Origin: a virus
Length of the DNA: 64,000 nt
Virus record (IMG/VR): IMGVR_UViG_3300012929_000018
Coordinates: 1-64,000 of that record
Strand: one strand, 5' to 3'
This document shows, piece by piece, positions 34,924-42,961 of this stretch (the stretch's first letter is position 1; every line of letters begins with the position of its first letter). Position numbers and translations under genes: made by a program. A model generated the notes under the pieces. The model did not search any database and was not told the origin of the DNA. It saw only the letters and a list, made by a program, of their open reading frames with translations.

Positions 34924-35775
34924 CTAATAATCCATCCCGCACACGAACGCGCGAGCAATTATCTTGAGAATCTTGCGCCGGTTCCTGCGGTGCTTCCGGC
35001 TTTCCTCGCCGAGCAGCCTCATCATCGCGGGCATCCTTGTGGCCCTGTGATACTTCATCGCCAATCGGTCGTTTGCGTTTGCCCAGCCTTGTCCCGCCCA
35101 CTTCATTTCGCGGTAGCTGGCGCCGAGGCGCGGGTGCCACAGGTGAAGGATTTGGTTGCGAGTCGATTTGTGCTTGGCGTAAAGGGTGTCCAGAGACCGG
35201 AGCAGAGCCACATCCTCGCCGCCCCAGCCAACGAAGCGTTCGTCGAACCCGCCGAGAATGTTGTAAGCCTCGCGGGGAAACATCATAATCATCGCGCCAT
35301 ACCGGTGCCCGTAACTGGCTTTGGTCGTGCTCTCAACATCGCATGCGTCCGGCGGTGTCGGAAACTTGTATGGGAACTTCGGCGCAGAGCCTAGCACTTT
35401 CAAAGTAGCGGCCTCAGTCAGCCGATACAGCTTTCGGTAAGGAACGAACCACAGTCGGTTGCCTTCTTTCTGCTCCTCGATGATGCGGTCGGCGCACCTA
35501 TCAATCACGTCAGCGTCGATATAAGCGTCAGCGTCCAAGATCACGAGGACTTTACCGTTGGCCCGGCGAGCGGCTCGGTTCATCGCGCGCGTCTTGCAGA
35601 AAGGATTCCCTGCAGCCCTGCCGATGATAATCTCGCAGTCAGGCAGCGCGTTGCGCATATACTTAATCACCCAGCGTAAGATTTTGCGCCGATACTTGTC
35701 ACGCCCATGGAAGGGAATGAGCAAGCTGATCTTCGGCCGCCGGAGCTTGTGCTTATCTAAAATAGTTTTCCACAT
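34924..35775 (-). CDS. GT-A glycosyltransferase (GT2 with GT7-like C-terminal motif)
   Basis: ISLLIPF, VILDAD (DxD), GGFDERFVGWGGED, HLWHP. Confidence 0.9.
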   Translation of the reverse strand: MWKTILDKHKLRRPKISLLIPFHGRDKYRRKILRWVIKYMRNALPDCEIIIGRAAGNPFCKTRAMNRAARRANGKVLVILDADAYIDADVIDRCADRIIEEQKEGNRLWFVPYRKLYRLTEAATLKVLGSAPKFPYKFPTPPDACDVESTTKASYGHRYGAMIMMFPREAYNILGGFDERFVGWGGEDVALLRSLDTLYAKHKSTRNQILHLWHPRLGASYREMKWAGQGWANANDRLAMKYHRATRMPAMMRLLGEESRKHRRNRRKILKIIARAFVCGMDY

Positions 35776-36490
35776 CTTCAAATACCTCGAACAGTTGGTG
35801 CTGTAGATCGCTGATCTTGTGCGGGTCGGCAGTCATCAAGACACCAGGTTGAAATTTCATCCCTACACTAGCATGATAATCCCTCCACTTAAAGTCTCCA
35901 CCTTCTTGATGGGCGTGGGTGATCATTCGCGGCGCCAACTCGATCCGGCGAGGGATAATGAAAGCGTCGGCAACGATCGCTCCGTGAAGGGAAGAGGTTA
36001 CGATCTTTTTGCACCGGCTGATTTCGCGAAGCACTTCCATCGGGTCTTGGGAAACGTCGATGATCCTCGGGTTGAATTTGGTGAACCGCGGGTCAAGAGC
36101 CAACGTCTTGTCGGTCCAGTGGGGCACGATGCCAAGGTCGTATTCCTTATCGCGGTAGCCTACCAGTTCGTCTGCGAGTAAGCCGGGGTCGGCCATAACC
36201 ACATCCCTCTTCAAACCTTTGGCGGTAAGGGGCCCGCGCACGGCAAGAAAAGTAGCGTGAGGTAGGTCAATCACGGTGCTTTCGTGGAGCTTACCTACCC
36301 CGGCAACTACTCCGGTCCAGTTCTTAGGTAGATGCCCTAGAATGGATCCGATCACAACTAGCTCAGCTTCTTCTGGCTTCGCCCAAACAGACTCGAGATT
36401 TGCGAATCTTCGGAGCAACATGGTCGCCAGCCGGTCGCCGAAGTTTGGTTTGTCTTTCCAAAAATATGCTTTTACGGCGGCGTGGATCAC
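35753..36490 (-). CDS. polysaccharide pyruvyl transferase family protein (ExoV-like)
   Basis: NFGD, IGSIL, AVRGPLT, DPGLL, GIVPH, TSSLHGAIVADAF, FKWRDY. Confidence 0.85.
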   Translation of the reverse strand: MIHAAVKAYFWKDKPNFGDRLATMLLRRFANLESVWAKPEEAELVVIGSILGHLPKNWTGVVAGVGKLHESTVIDLPHATFLAVRGPLTAKGLKRDVVMADPGLLADELVGYRDKEYDLGIVPHWTDKTLALDPRFTKFNPRIIDVSQDPMEVLREISRCKKIVTSSLHGAIVADAFIIPRRIELAPRMITHAHQEGGDFKWRDYHASVGMKFQPGVLMTADPHKISDLQHQLFEVFEDVENYFR

Positions 36491-36637
36491 AACATTTAGT
36501 GTATCACGGCTTCGTCCGCTTGCTGTGAAAAAGAAAAATTCTTGAAAAGTTTTTTGCCGGGGAGTAGATTTTCTCAGCCCGAAGTGGATTAAAGGCTGAA
36601 CAGGTCCCAGCAGAATTGGACCCAACGGAGGTAATGA

Positions 36638-37174
36638 ATGAAGAAAGTAATAATCGGAACTCTGTGCAGCGTGGCCCTAGCACTAGGCGCCTATGCGCAG
36701 ACGAATGAGGTAAGCATCAAGCAAAGTGAACGCGGCCCAGCGATGGGTCAACATGAGCGGGTGCAAACCAAAACGGAAATGCGCGGGTCTCCCCGGCAAA
36801 TCCATCGCATGCAGCGAGACCAAATCCGAGAAACCGCAGGTGAGAACCGGCGTATCGAGGAGCATGGAAACGCTGTAATTGAGCGCGGCCATCCACGGAC
36901 TGAGGTGCGCTCGGAGCAGCGCGTTGAAACCCGCGGTGATCGGTTCTTCTTCTTCGGTGGGCGAGAGCTTCACCGTCGAGGCGACTTCGACCGTAACGAC
37001 GTGCACTTCCGCATCGGATTCCACCCTCGATTCTGGTGGACCCAGCACTACACCAACATCGTATTGATCAACGGGTGTTGGTATTACGAGGACGGCGGGT
37101 TCTTCTATCCGGCATACGGATACGACCCTGATTGCAGTTACCCTGACCAAGTGATCTTCTCATTTGGCGACTAA
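36638..37174 (+). CDS. secreted Arg-rich protein with Trp/Tyr-rich C terminus
   Basis: Signal peptide (..ALGAYA-Q); HPRFWWTQHYTNIVLINGCWYY..YPAYGYDP. Confidence 0.75.
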   Translation: MKKVIIGTLCSVALALGAYAQTNEVSIKQSERGPAMGQHERVQTKTEMRGSPRQIHRMQRDQIRETAGENRRIEEHGNAVIERGHPRTEVRSEQRVETRGDRFFFFGGRELHRRGDFDRNDVHFRIGFHPRFWWTQHYTNIVLINGCWYYEDGGFFYPAYGYDPDCSYPDQVIFSFGD

Positions 37175-37189
37175 GGGCGGCGGTTAGAT

Positions 37190-37229
37190 AAGACGCGTAG
37201 TTGGCAGAATCTGTCAGCTACGCGTTTTT
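37190..37229 (+). terminator. hairpin terminator
   Basis: AAGACGCGTAGTTGGCAG-AAT-CTGTCAGCTACGCGTTTTT. Confidence 0.7.
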
Positions 37230-37269
37230 ACTTCTAGCATAATTTGGCTAATTTGTGTATAATTCGCGC

Positions 37270-37347
37270 ACCGGGATAGAGCAGCCTGGCCAGCTCGTCA
37301 CGCTCATAACGTGAAGGTCGTGGGTTCAAATCCCACTCCCGGAACCA
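37270..37347 (+). tRNA. tRNA-Met (CAT), initiator-like, CCA encoded
   Basis: A1/A72 mismatch, TAGAGCAGCCTGG D-arm, CT-CAT-AA loop, TTCAAAT T-loop, ACCA end; TATAAT just upstream. Confidence 0.9.
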
Positions 37348-37352
37348 ATTGT

Positions 37353-38313
37353 ATGCGCTTTATACTACTGTTCTTATTGCTGGTCTCACGCTTGACTTAC
37401 GCCGGTGATACCTACGACTGCATCAACTCGAAGGGTGACTACATCAATTACGGACCGCCCGCACCGCCGCGGAACACCTCAATCGTTGGCGCGATCGATT
37501 CCCGCCGATACGACCGGTGGCTCCCGATGTTGAGCCAAGAAGATGAACGCCGCCTGCTGTTTATACAGGCTGCTCGACTGCGCGAATACGCCATTCTTTA
37601 TGCCAACCCCTGAACAACGCGATGAAGGCCGCCCCTGTGATTGGGAGCCAGAAGAACACGACCCGATTATGGTGGCCGCAATCAAGCGGCTTACTGATGA
37701 AGTTCAGCGATTGAAGCGTGAGGAACGCGAGAAGGCCATCAATGCCGTCTCGGAACAATGCACCTGCACCGCCCTTTTCACGAACGCCTTATGCCCAATT
37801 CACGGCCCAGCGTTCACTCGCCACCTCGAAAATAGAAAGTAACTATGCCCTCCCTCGTATCCGTATCCGAAGCAACCCGAGCCATTCAAAGCCCGTTGTT
37901 GCGCGCCATTGAAACCGTCGTCTCCGAAGAGATTGAAAAAGTCATCGAAGACGCGAAACGCAAAGTCGAGCAGAGAGTTCGCGGTGAAGTCGGTGCCATA
38001 GCCGCCCGTGTCCTTGAGAAGTTCAGCTTCGAGAGGCTGGGGCAGGAGTTAGTGATTCGTGTTGAATTCCCTGGCGCTAAGAGTAAGCTGCCGGGTGATC
38101 TGTAAACCCGTAACCCCGATCCTCGAATGCCCGGTTTGTCCGGCGACGTGGGATCTGGGAAAGGTAGGAGTTCGCGGGCTCGATTATCAAGTGCCGATGC
38201 ATGTCCGAGTTCAATTTCGGGCACCGGCGATTCTCTGCGCGGGCTCGCACAAGAAGCTTCCGCTAACCTTTTACGACGCCGCGCCGTTGTCTCATGGCGA
38301 GCCACTGGCCTAA
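37353..38313 (+). other. four short overlapping hypothetical ORFs (37353-37613 with signal peptide, 37600-37842, 37845-38105, 38095-38313)
   Basis: Tightly packed or overlapping starts and stops. Confidence 0.55.
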
Positions 38314-38388
38314 CCGCCGGTGCGTGAACTGAGACAAGTTGGCTCCCTACGTTGGAGAGCGACTTTCTGTCTCACTGGCGATTAAGGT

Positions 38389-38460
38389 GTGACCGTAGCT
38401 CAATTGGCAGAGCCCTCGGTTGTGGACCTTGAGGTGCGAGTTCGATCCTCGTCGGTCACC
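38389..38460 (+). tRNA. tRNA-His (GTG), irregular anticodon stem, no G-1, no CCA
   Basis: GTGACCG/CGGTCAC acceptor, C73, loop TT-GTG-GA, T-loop TTCGATC. Confidence 0.75.
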
Positions 38461-38630
38461 CCTTAGTCGCTCACCTTCGGGTTTTTATAGGAAAAAATTT
38501 TTTAACCTCCCCTCATCACCTACACACCTGCACGTGCGGGGGCCCGCGGGGGTAGGGGTGGGTCTGCTTCTGGGAGCAGGCATAAGCGCGCTCGCGTGAT
38601 GCCTGCGCATAATGCGCGGGAGATGGTCGA

Positions 38631-39173
38631 ATGAAAATCACACGAACAAGTCCATCGCTCAAACAATCGAACATCAATCACGTGTGCGAGAGCGCACGTA
38701 TGCACGGTCGAACACGCTCGCCTCATTGGAGTTGGAACGCCGAAGCAGAAGTCAATTCCCTACGGGAAAACCGGCACGATTTCAGAATGCCGAAGGCATT
38801 AGACCGGAAAGCCCAAGGCAAATGGGTGAACGAATACACGCCTAAGGTGCAGCCCTGCGACGGTGTAACCGTGACGCCTGTAAAGGGAAACAGGGTTGCA
38901 TGGCTGAGTGAGGAACAAACTAAACGTTTCAAAATCACAATCACGAATGACGCAGGCGTTGAAGAACAGGCACGCATGAGCATGAAATTCACCACCTTAG
39001 CAATTCTTACTTACGGAAAAGTAGTAGAATTTGTTCGCTGCCACCGCGGCGTAAACGTGCGTGACATGCGCACAGACACGCTCAGATCACCCGCGTATGT
39101 CACCGCTGAAATTCGCCGCTTAATTCCGGTTAATGCGGAACAAGCGATTGAGCAGCTATTCGCGACTGAATAG
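38631..39173 (+). CDS. hypothetical protein, first gene of the early-like region
   Basis: GGGAG RBS following palindrome copy 1. Confidence 0.6.
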   Translation: MKITRTSPSLKQSNINHVCESARMHGRTRSPHWSWNAEAEVNSLRENRHDFRMPKALDRKAQGKWVNEYTPKVQPCDGVTVTPVKGNRVAWLSEEQTKRFKITITNDAGVEEQARMSMKFTTLAILTYGKVVEFVRCHRGVNVRDMRTDTLRSPAYVTAEIRRLIPVNAEQAIEQLFATE

Positions 39174-39217
39174 CACGCACATCACGCTTGCGCATAATGC
39201 GTGTGAAGAAAGTAACC

Positions 39218-39352
39218 ATGAAAAACAAATTATCTGAAATCCTGTTCGATCTGAGTGAGCGCCTGCCTAAATGCCTGAACGCATTAGCGTGGACGCTCGA
39301 CCGTGTGAGCCGCGCTATGGTAGCGAATAGCGTTGACTCAATCGGACTTTGA
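39218..39352 (+). CDS. 44-aa hypothetical protein (not in the ORF track)
   Basis: Between palindrome copies 2 and 3; GAAAG then ATG. Confidence 0.5.
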   Translation: MKNKLSEILFDLSERLPKCLNALAWTLDRVSRAMVANSVDSIGL

Positions 39353-39404
39353 CTGTCACACGCCTTCGAGCGCAGCGCGCTATGTGTGCGCATAATGCGC
39401 TCGA

Positions 39405-39880
39405 AGGAAGTGACCGCCAGTCGGTTGCTCGGAAATGAGCGAAGCAGAGTAGCGAGTGAATGAAAGCGGGTAGTCGCATGAGTCGCCACAGCGTCAATCT
39501 CATGTGTAAGCTGCGAATAGCTCGTGAGGGTAGCTACAAGCGTGTTCTAGTCCGGAAAATTAACCATCCGGTTTCGTAAGGGTGTTCAATGATGCTACAC
39601 CCACGGTGAGGCCCGAACAAACGGGTGCGTAGAAGCGAGTTGGCTCTCGTGGAACGCATCACGCAAAAGCCTGATCGTCGGATATTAAAAACCAAATTCA
39701 ACACGCATACGAGTGACGCGACGTTATTCGTAGATGGCTGCGCGACGCAGCTATCAGCGTGCAGCCCTGTGGCCCTGCTACAATGTTCCAGAATACGCGT
39801 GATGCGTAGGACGGCAGCATTTCAGGGACACTAGCCAGTGCATCTCACACGTGACGTGTGACGTGTTACAGGGTTGCAAT
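39405..39880 (+). ncRNA. large structured RNA candidate 1
   Basis: No credible ORF; nested helices with G-U pairs and repeated C-GYGAY-G loops. Confidence 0.6.
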
Positions 39881-39888
39881 CTGATACC

Positions 39889-40317
39889 ATGAGTGATTTA
39901 ACCATTCAAGCGAACGGTCAGGCTCTAACGCTCGGAAACTTCGGCGGGGTCACTAAACCCGACTTCCGAACGAAAAACGCGAAGGAGTATCTGTCCGCGC
40001 ATTTCGGTGTCACTGTAGTCAAAGGCATGAAAATGCCTGACGTGAAAGCGGCTGTCCTCGCGACGGGCGTTACGGAAGCGAATTTCAAACTCGCCCGTAA
40101 AACCTACGACGGGAACAAGCAACAGTATCACGTCGAGTGCCGCAAAGTGACGGCGCTTCTCGCGGCTGACCCGAATTATCGGCAGTCCATTCGCAAGATG
40201 AAAACGGGTGCGGTTGTGACGTTCCGTAAAATCGGGGCCGTTGCTGCCAAGCAATCTGCCGCCGCCCGTATCGCGCAGTTGGAAGCGAAGCTCGCAGCGG
40301 CGGGCATCGCGGCCTAA
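39889..40317 (+). CDS. basic 142-aa hypothetical protein between two structured RNAs
   Basis: Lys/Arg/Ala-rich, C-terminal coiled coil ARIAQLEAKLAAAG. Confidence 0.75.
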   Translation: MSDLTIQANGQALTLGNFGGVTKPDFRTKNAKEYLSAHFGVTVVKGMKMPDVKAAVLATGVTEANFKLARKTYDGNKQQYHVECRKVTALLAADPNYRQSIRKMKTGAVVTFRKIGAVAAKQSAAARIAQLEAKLAAAGIAA

Positions 40318-40822
40318 TCGCGTCGGCGCGACTTCGGAGTGTGAATGTCTGTGGGTGCGCAAGCGCCCACAGCAATTCGCTCTCACCTAAGGTGAACAGC
40401 TAGGCATACGCTATGAAAACAGTGCGGCTTTAGGGAACGATAGCGAAGAAAAGTGGCGAAGCGTAAATCGGGTTGGCCCGTAAAGCCTAACGATCAGGCG
40501 CGCGCAAGTCGCACCCCGCGACTAGGCCCCAAACGGCGAAAGCACGTTGCAACGTGCCCGCTGCGTTGGTCAGCGGCGGGTGTGCGGCGCATGTTGAGTG
40601 CTCAGTCAGGCTGGGTGGAAGTAGGCGCGTGAACATGACGCGCGCTGAGAAGCGGCGGGCCAAAAGCTCGCAAAATAGGCCCATGCTGCCGCGCGGTGGC
40701 ATGTGACGCACCCGGCCTGACTGCGCACAAGCGTAGTAGATGTGATTTCGGTTACAGCTAGTTCTTTGAATTACAACTAAGATTACGTTCTCACTGGCAC
40801 GCTGGCTCTGCCTAAACCAGCA
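40318..40822 (+). ncRNA. large structured RNA candidate 2
   Basis: No credible ORF; 15-bp long-range helix, GCAA, GAGA and TTCG tetraloop hairpins. Confidence 0.6.
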
Positions 40823-40828
40823 CAATTT

Positions 40829-41449
40829 ATGAACCATGCAATGACACCACGCGAAAACTATCGCCCTTATACGCCTGCGGAAATCCAGGCTATTCGTGCG
40901 GCCGGGCGCATCACGCGCGCCGCGCGATGGGACTGCGCCAACCTCGAACAAAGGATGGAAATGCACCCTGAATTGAACCCGAACAAGCGGTGGTTTGAGC
41001 AGAAGGCGTGGAAACTACTATGACCATCGAAGTAAAACGAGACGGAAAGACGGTCTGCACGATCATCAAAGGCTCGGGCAGAATTAGCAGCGACAAGCTG
41101 AAATTGCTCGCGATCAGATATAACGCGGGCCATTTAAGCACTTTCAACGATATGCGCGAGGTAGTTCGACAGGCGAAAGTCATTCGCTTGGAGAAAGCTC
41201 TCGCGGTAATGTGCGCATAATGCGCGCGAAGCAGATAACCAACAACGAAAGGAAACCATGAAACACACCATCACACTGACAAAGGACAAAGAGACGAAGA
41301 ACAAAATTCGTTTCTCGAACGAACCCACCGACGCGATTAGCGGAAGCTTATACATCGCGAAGGAACTCGTCGGCAACGTGAATGCGATTCAGTTCGCAAT
41401 CGAGTTGCCCGAGGTTGCGGTGACTGCTCCGACTCCGGTCGAAGCGTAG
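40829..41449 (+). other. three short hypothetical ORFs (40829-41023, 41020-41220, 41258-41449)
   Basis: ATGA overlap; GAAAGGA RBS before 41258. Confidence 0.6.
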
Positions 41450-41499
41450 TTGATACGCAGCGCCCCGTGTGATAACGTGGGCGTTGCAATCAGTTACGT

Positions 41500-41575
41500 T
41501 GTAAGGTAGCTCAGTTGGTAGAGCAGGCGCCTGTTAAGCGCCGCGTCGTAGGTTCGACTCCTACCCTTACAGCCA
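41500..41575 (+). tRNA. tRNA-Asn (GTT), CCA encoded
   Basis: Canonical cloverleaf: TGTAAGG/CCTTACA, GGCGC-CTGTTAA-GCGCC, G73-CCA. Confidence 0.95.
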
Positions 41576-41579
41576 ACAC

Positions 41580-41650
41580 ACAGGGGGCGAAGGCAGTAGC
41601 GCGAACTCCAAATCCGCGTGTGATGAGTTCGATTCTCATACCCTGTGCCA
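41580..41650 (+). tRNA. tRNA-Trp (CCA) with truncated D-arm
   Basis: Loop CT-CCA-AA, T-arm ATGAG-TTCGATT-CTCAT, G73-CCA; only about 14 nt in the D region. Confidence 0.65.
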
Positions 41651-41655
41651 CTTTT

Positions 41656-41770
41656 TGACTAGGTTGGTTGCGCAACAATGACCTGCACCTTGCATCGCGG
41701 TAGCCGTTGCAGCGGTGGAACGAAGTAAGAGCGTTGTTGTCGATGGTCCGATTCCATCGCTGGTCACCCA
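41656..41770 (+). ncRNA. tRNA/tmRNA-like small RNA
   Basis: TGACTAG/CTGGTCA acceptor plus C-CCA, T-arm CGATGG-TCCGATT-CCATCG, 9-bp helix in place of an anticodon arm. Confidence 0.6.
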
Positions 41771-41774
41771 CTTT

Positions 41775-42934
41775 ATGAACGAGACAGACGAACGCCTGCA
41801 AAGGCAATGGGCGCAGATTGAGAGCAATCGACGCGCCGACAAGATCGTGCGCCGTCGTAAGATCGCGCAAGTCACGGGCGGCTGTGACCGCTGCCCGCCT
41901 CACGCGAAGGAGAACGCGCGCCTCAAAGGGCGTAAGCCGCGCGAGGATAAGCACAAGAATCACCGCACGGTTAAGTGGAGTAGCCACCATTCCGTGCCTA
42001 TTTACTAATTTATGAACAGAGGAAACAGACAGGCGGACATACAGTTCCGCGATATGCTGTGGCGTTACGACCCACGGTCAATCGAAAGCGATACACCCAC
42101 GGCCGAGTGGACGTGTGCGCCCGAACCTAAGTGCGTTGTCGCACGTAGTTTGGGTGAAAGTAGAGTTGTGAACGCACGGGGCGTTCGCAGAGCAGCATGA
42201 GTTGGGAAACAATCGGGTGGCTATTGACGATACCGGGATGGTGCGTTATAGGCATCACAGCAATCATCAAACTATGCAAACCACAATAGAAACGCTCCCT
42301 AAGCGCCGCGGCGTTGTCGCGCGAGCTAACGGGATTACGGATAGCTACGGCAAGCAATATATTCGCATGAGCGATGGTAGCTTGCGCAAATTAAACGCAG
42401 TTACTGAGCCGCAACAGCCGCTCGTTCTCGGTGGGTTCGAGGTATGAGTGAGATTCACACAGATGAGTGGAAGCATCGCCGTGACACGTTGGTCGGATTC
42501 GTGATTATGTGCAATAACAACAATTGCTCTAATCGCCCATTCGATGACGCGCGCAGCGTGCGACCTGTGATCACCTGTGAAAACGTGCTCGAAGCAATGC
42601 GCGAGCGCATGCCGGACATTACGGCAGCGCAGCGTGTGGATTTCGTGCATGTCGCGAAGGGATTCATACCAATCAAGTAGGAGACAAAACTATGGCAAAT
42701 CGACAGACAAGGTGGTTGCTCGCCCACGGGCGCGGCACCAAAAACGTGGTGGGCAGCAGCCCAGCGCGTGCAGAGCATATTGACCGCCCGCTATTTCATG
42801 GCGTGACGTGCAATACTGCGAACAAGAAAACCAAGCCGCGTGACTCACTCGGCAAGTTGCGGACGTTGAGCAGCAAGCGAGTGCTCGACAAGCGCATCAC
42901 GGCTTACGCGGTCAATCCAATTTACGCATCATGA
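41775..42934 (+). other. five short hypothetical ORFs (41775-42008, 42012-42200, ~42274-42447, 42444-42680, 42692-42934)
   Basis: Packed head to tail. Confidence 0.5.
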
Positions 42935-42961
42935 AGCCGCCGTTCTGGATTTTCTACCAAG

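Noticed and set aside
33769-38460. tRNAs as prophage attachment sites or island borders
   Set aside because: No integrase and no duplicated tRNA 3' end; phage genes continue on both sides
39405-40822. Structured RNAs as retron msr-msd, group I/II intron or DGR parts
   Set aside because: No reverse transcriptase in the window, no interrupted gene, and no recognisable intron catalytic motifs by eye
41715-41774. GTG-started N-terminal extension of the 41775 ORF, or a tmRNA-style tag frame
   Set aside because: It runs through the T-arm and CCA of the tRNA-like RNA with no stop inside the loop; ATG 41775 is the more plausible start
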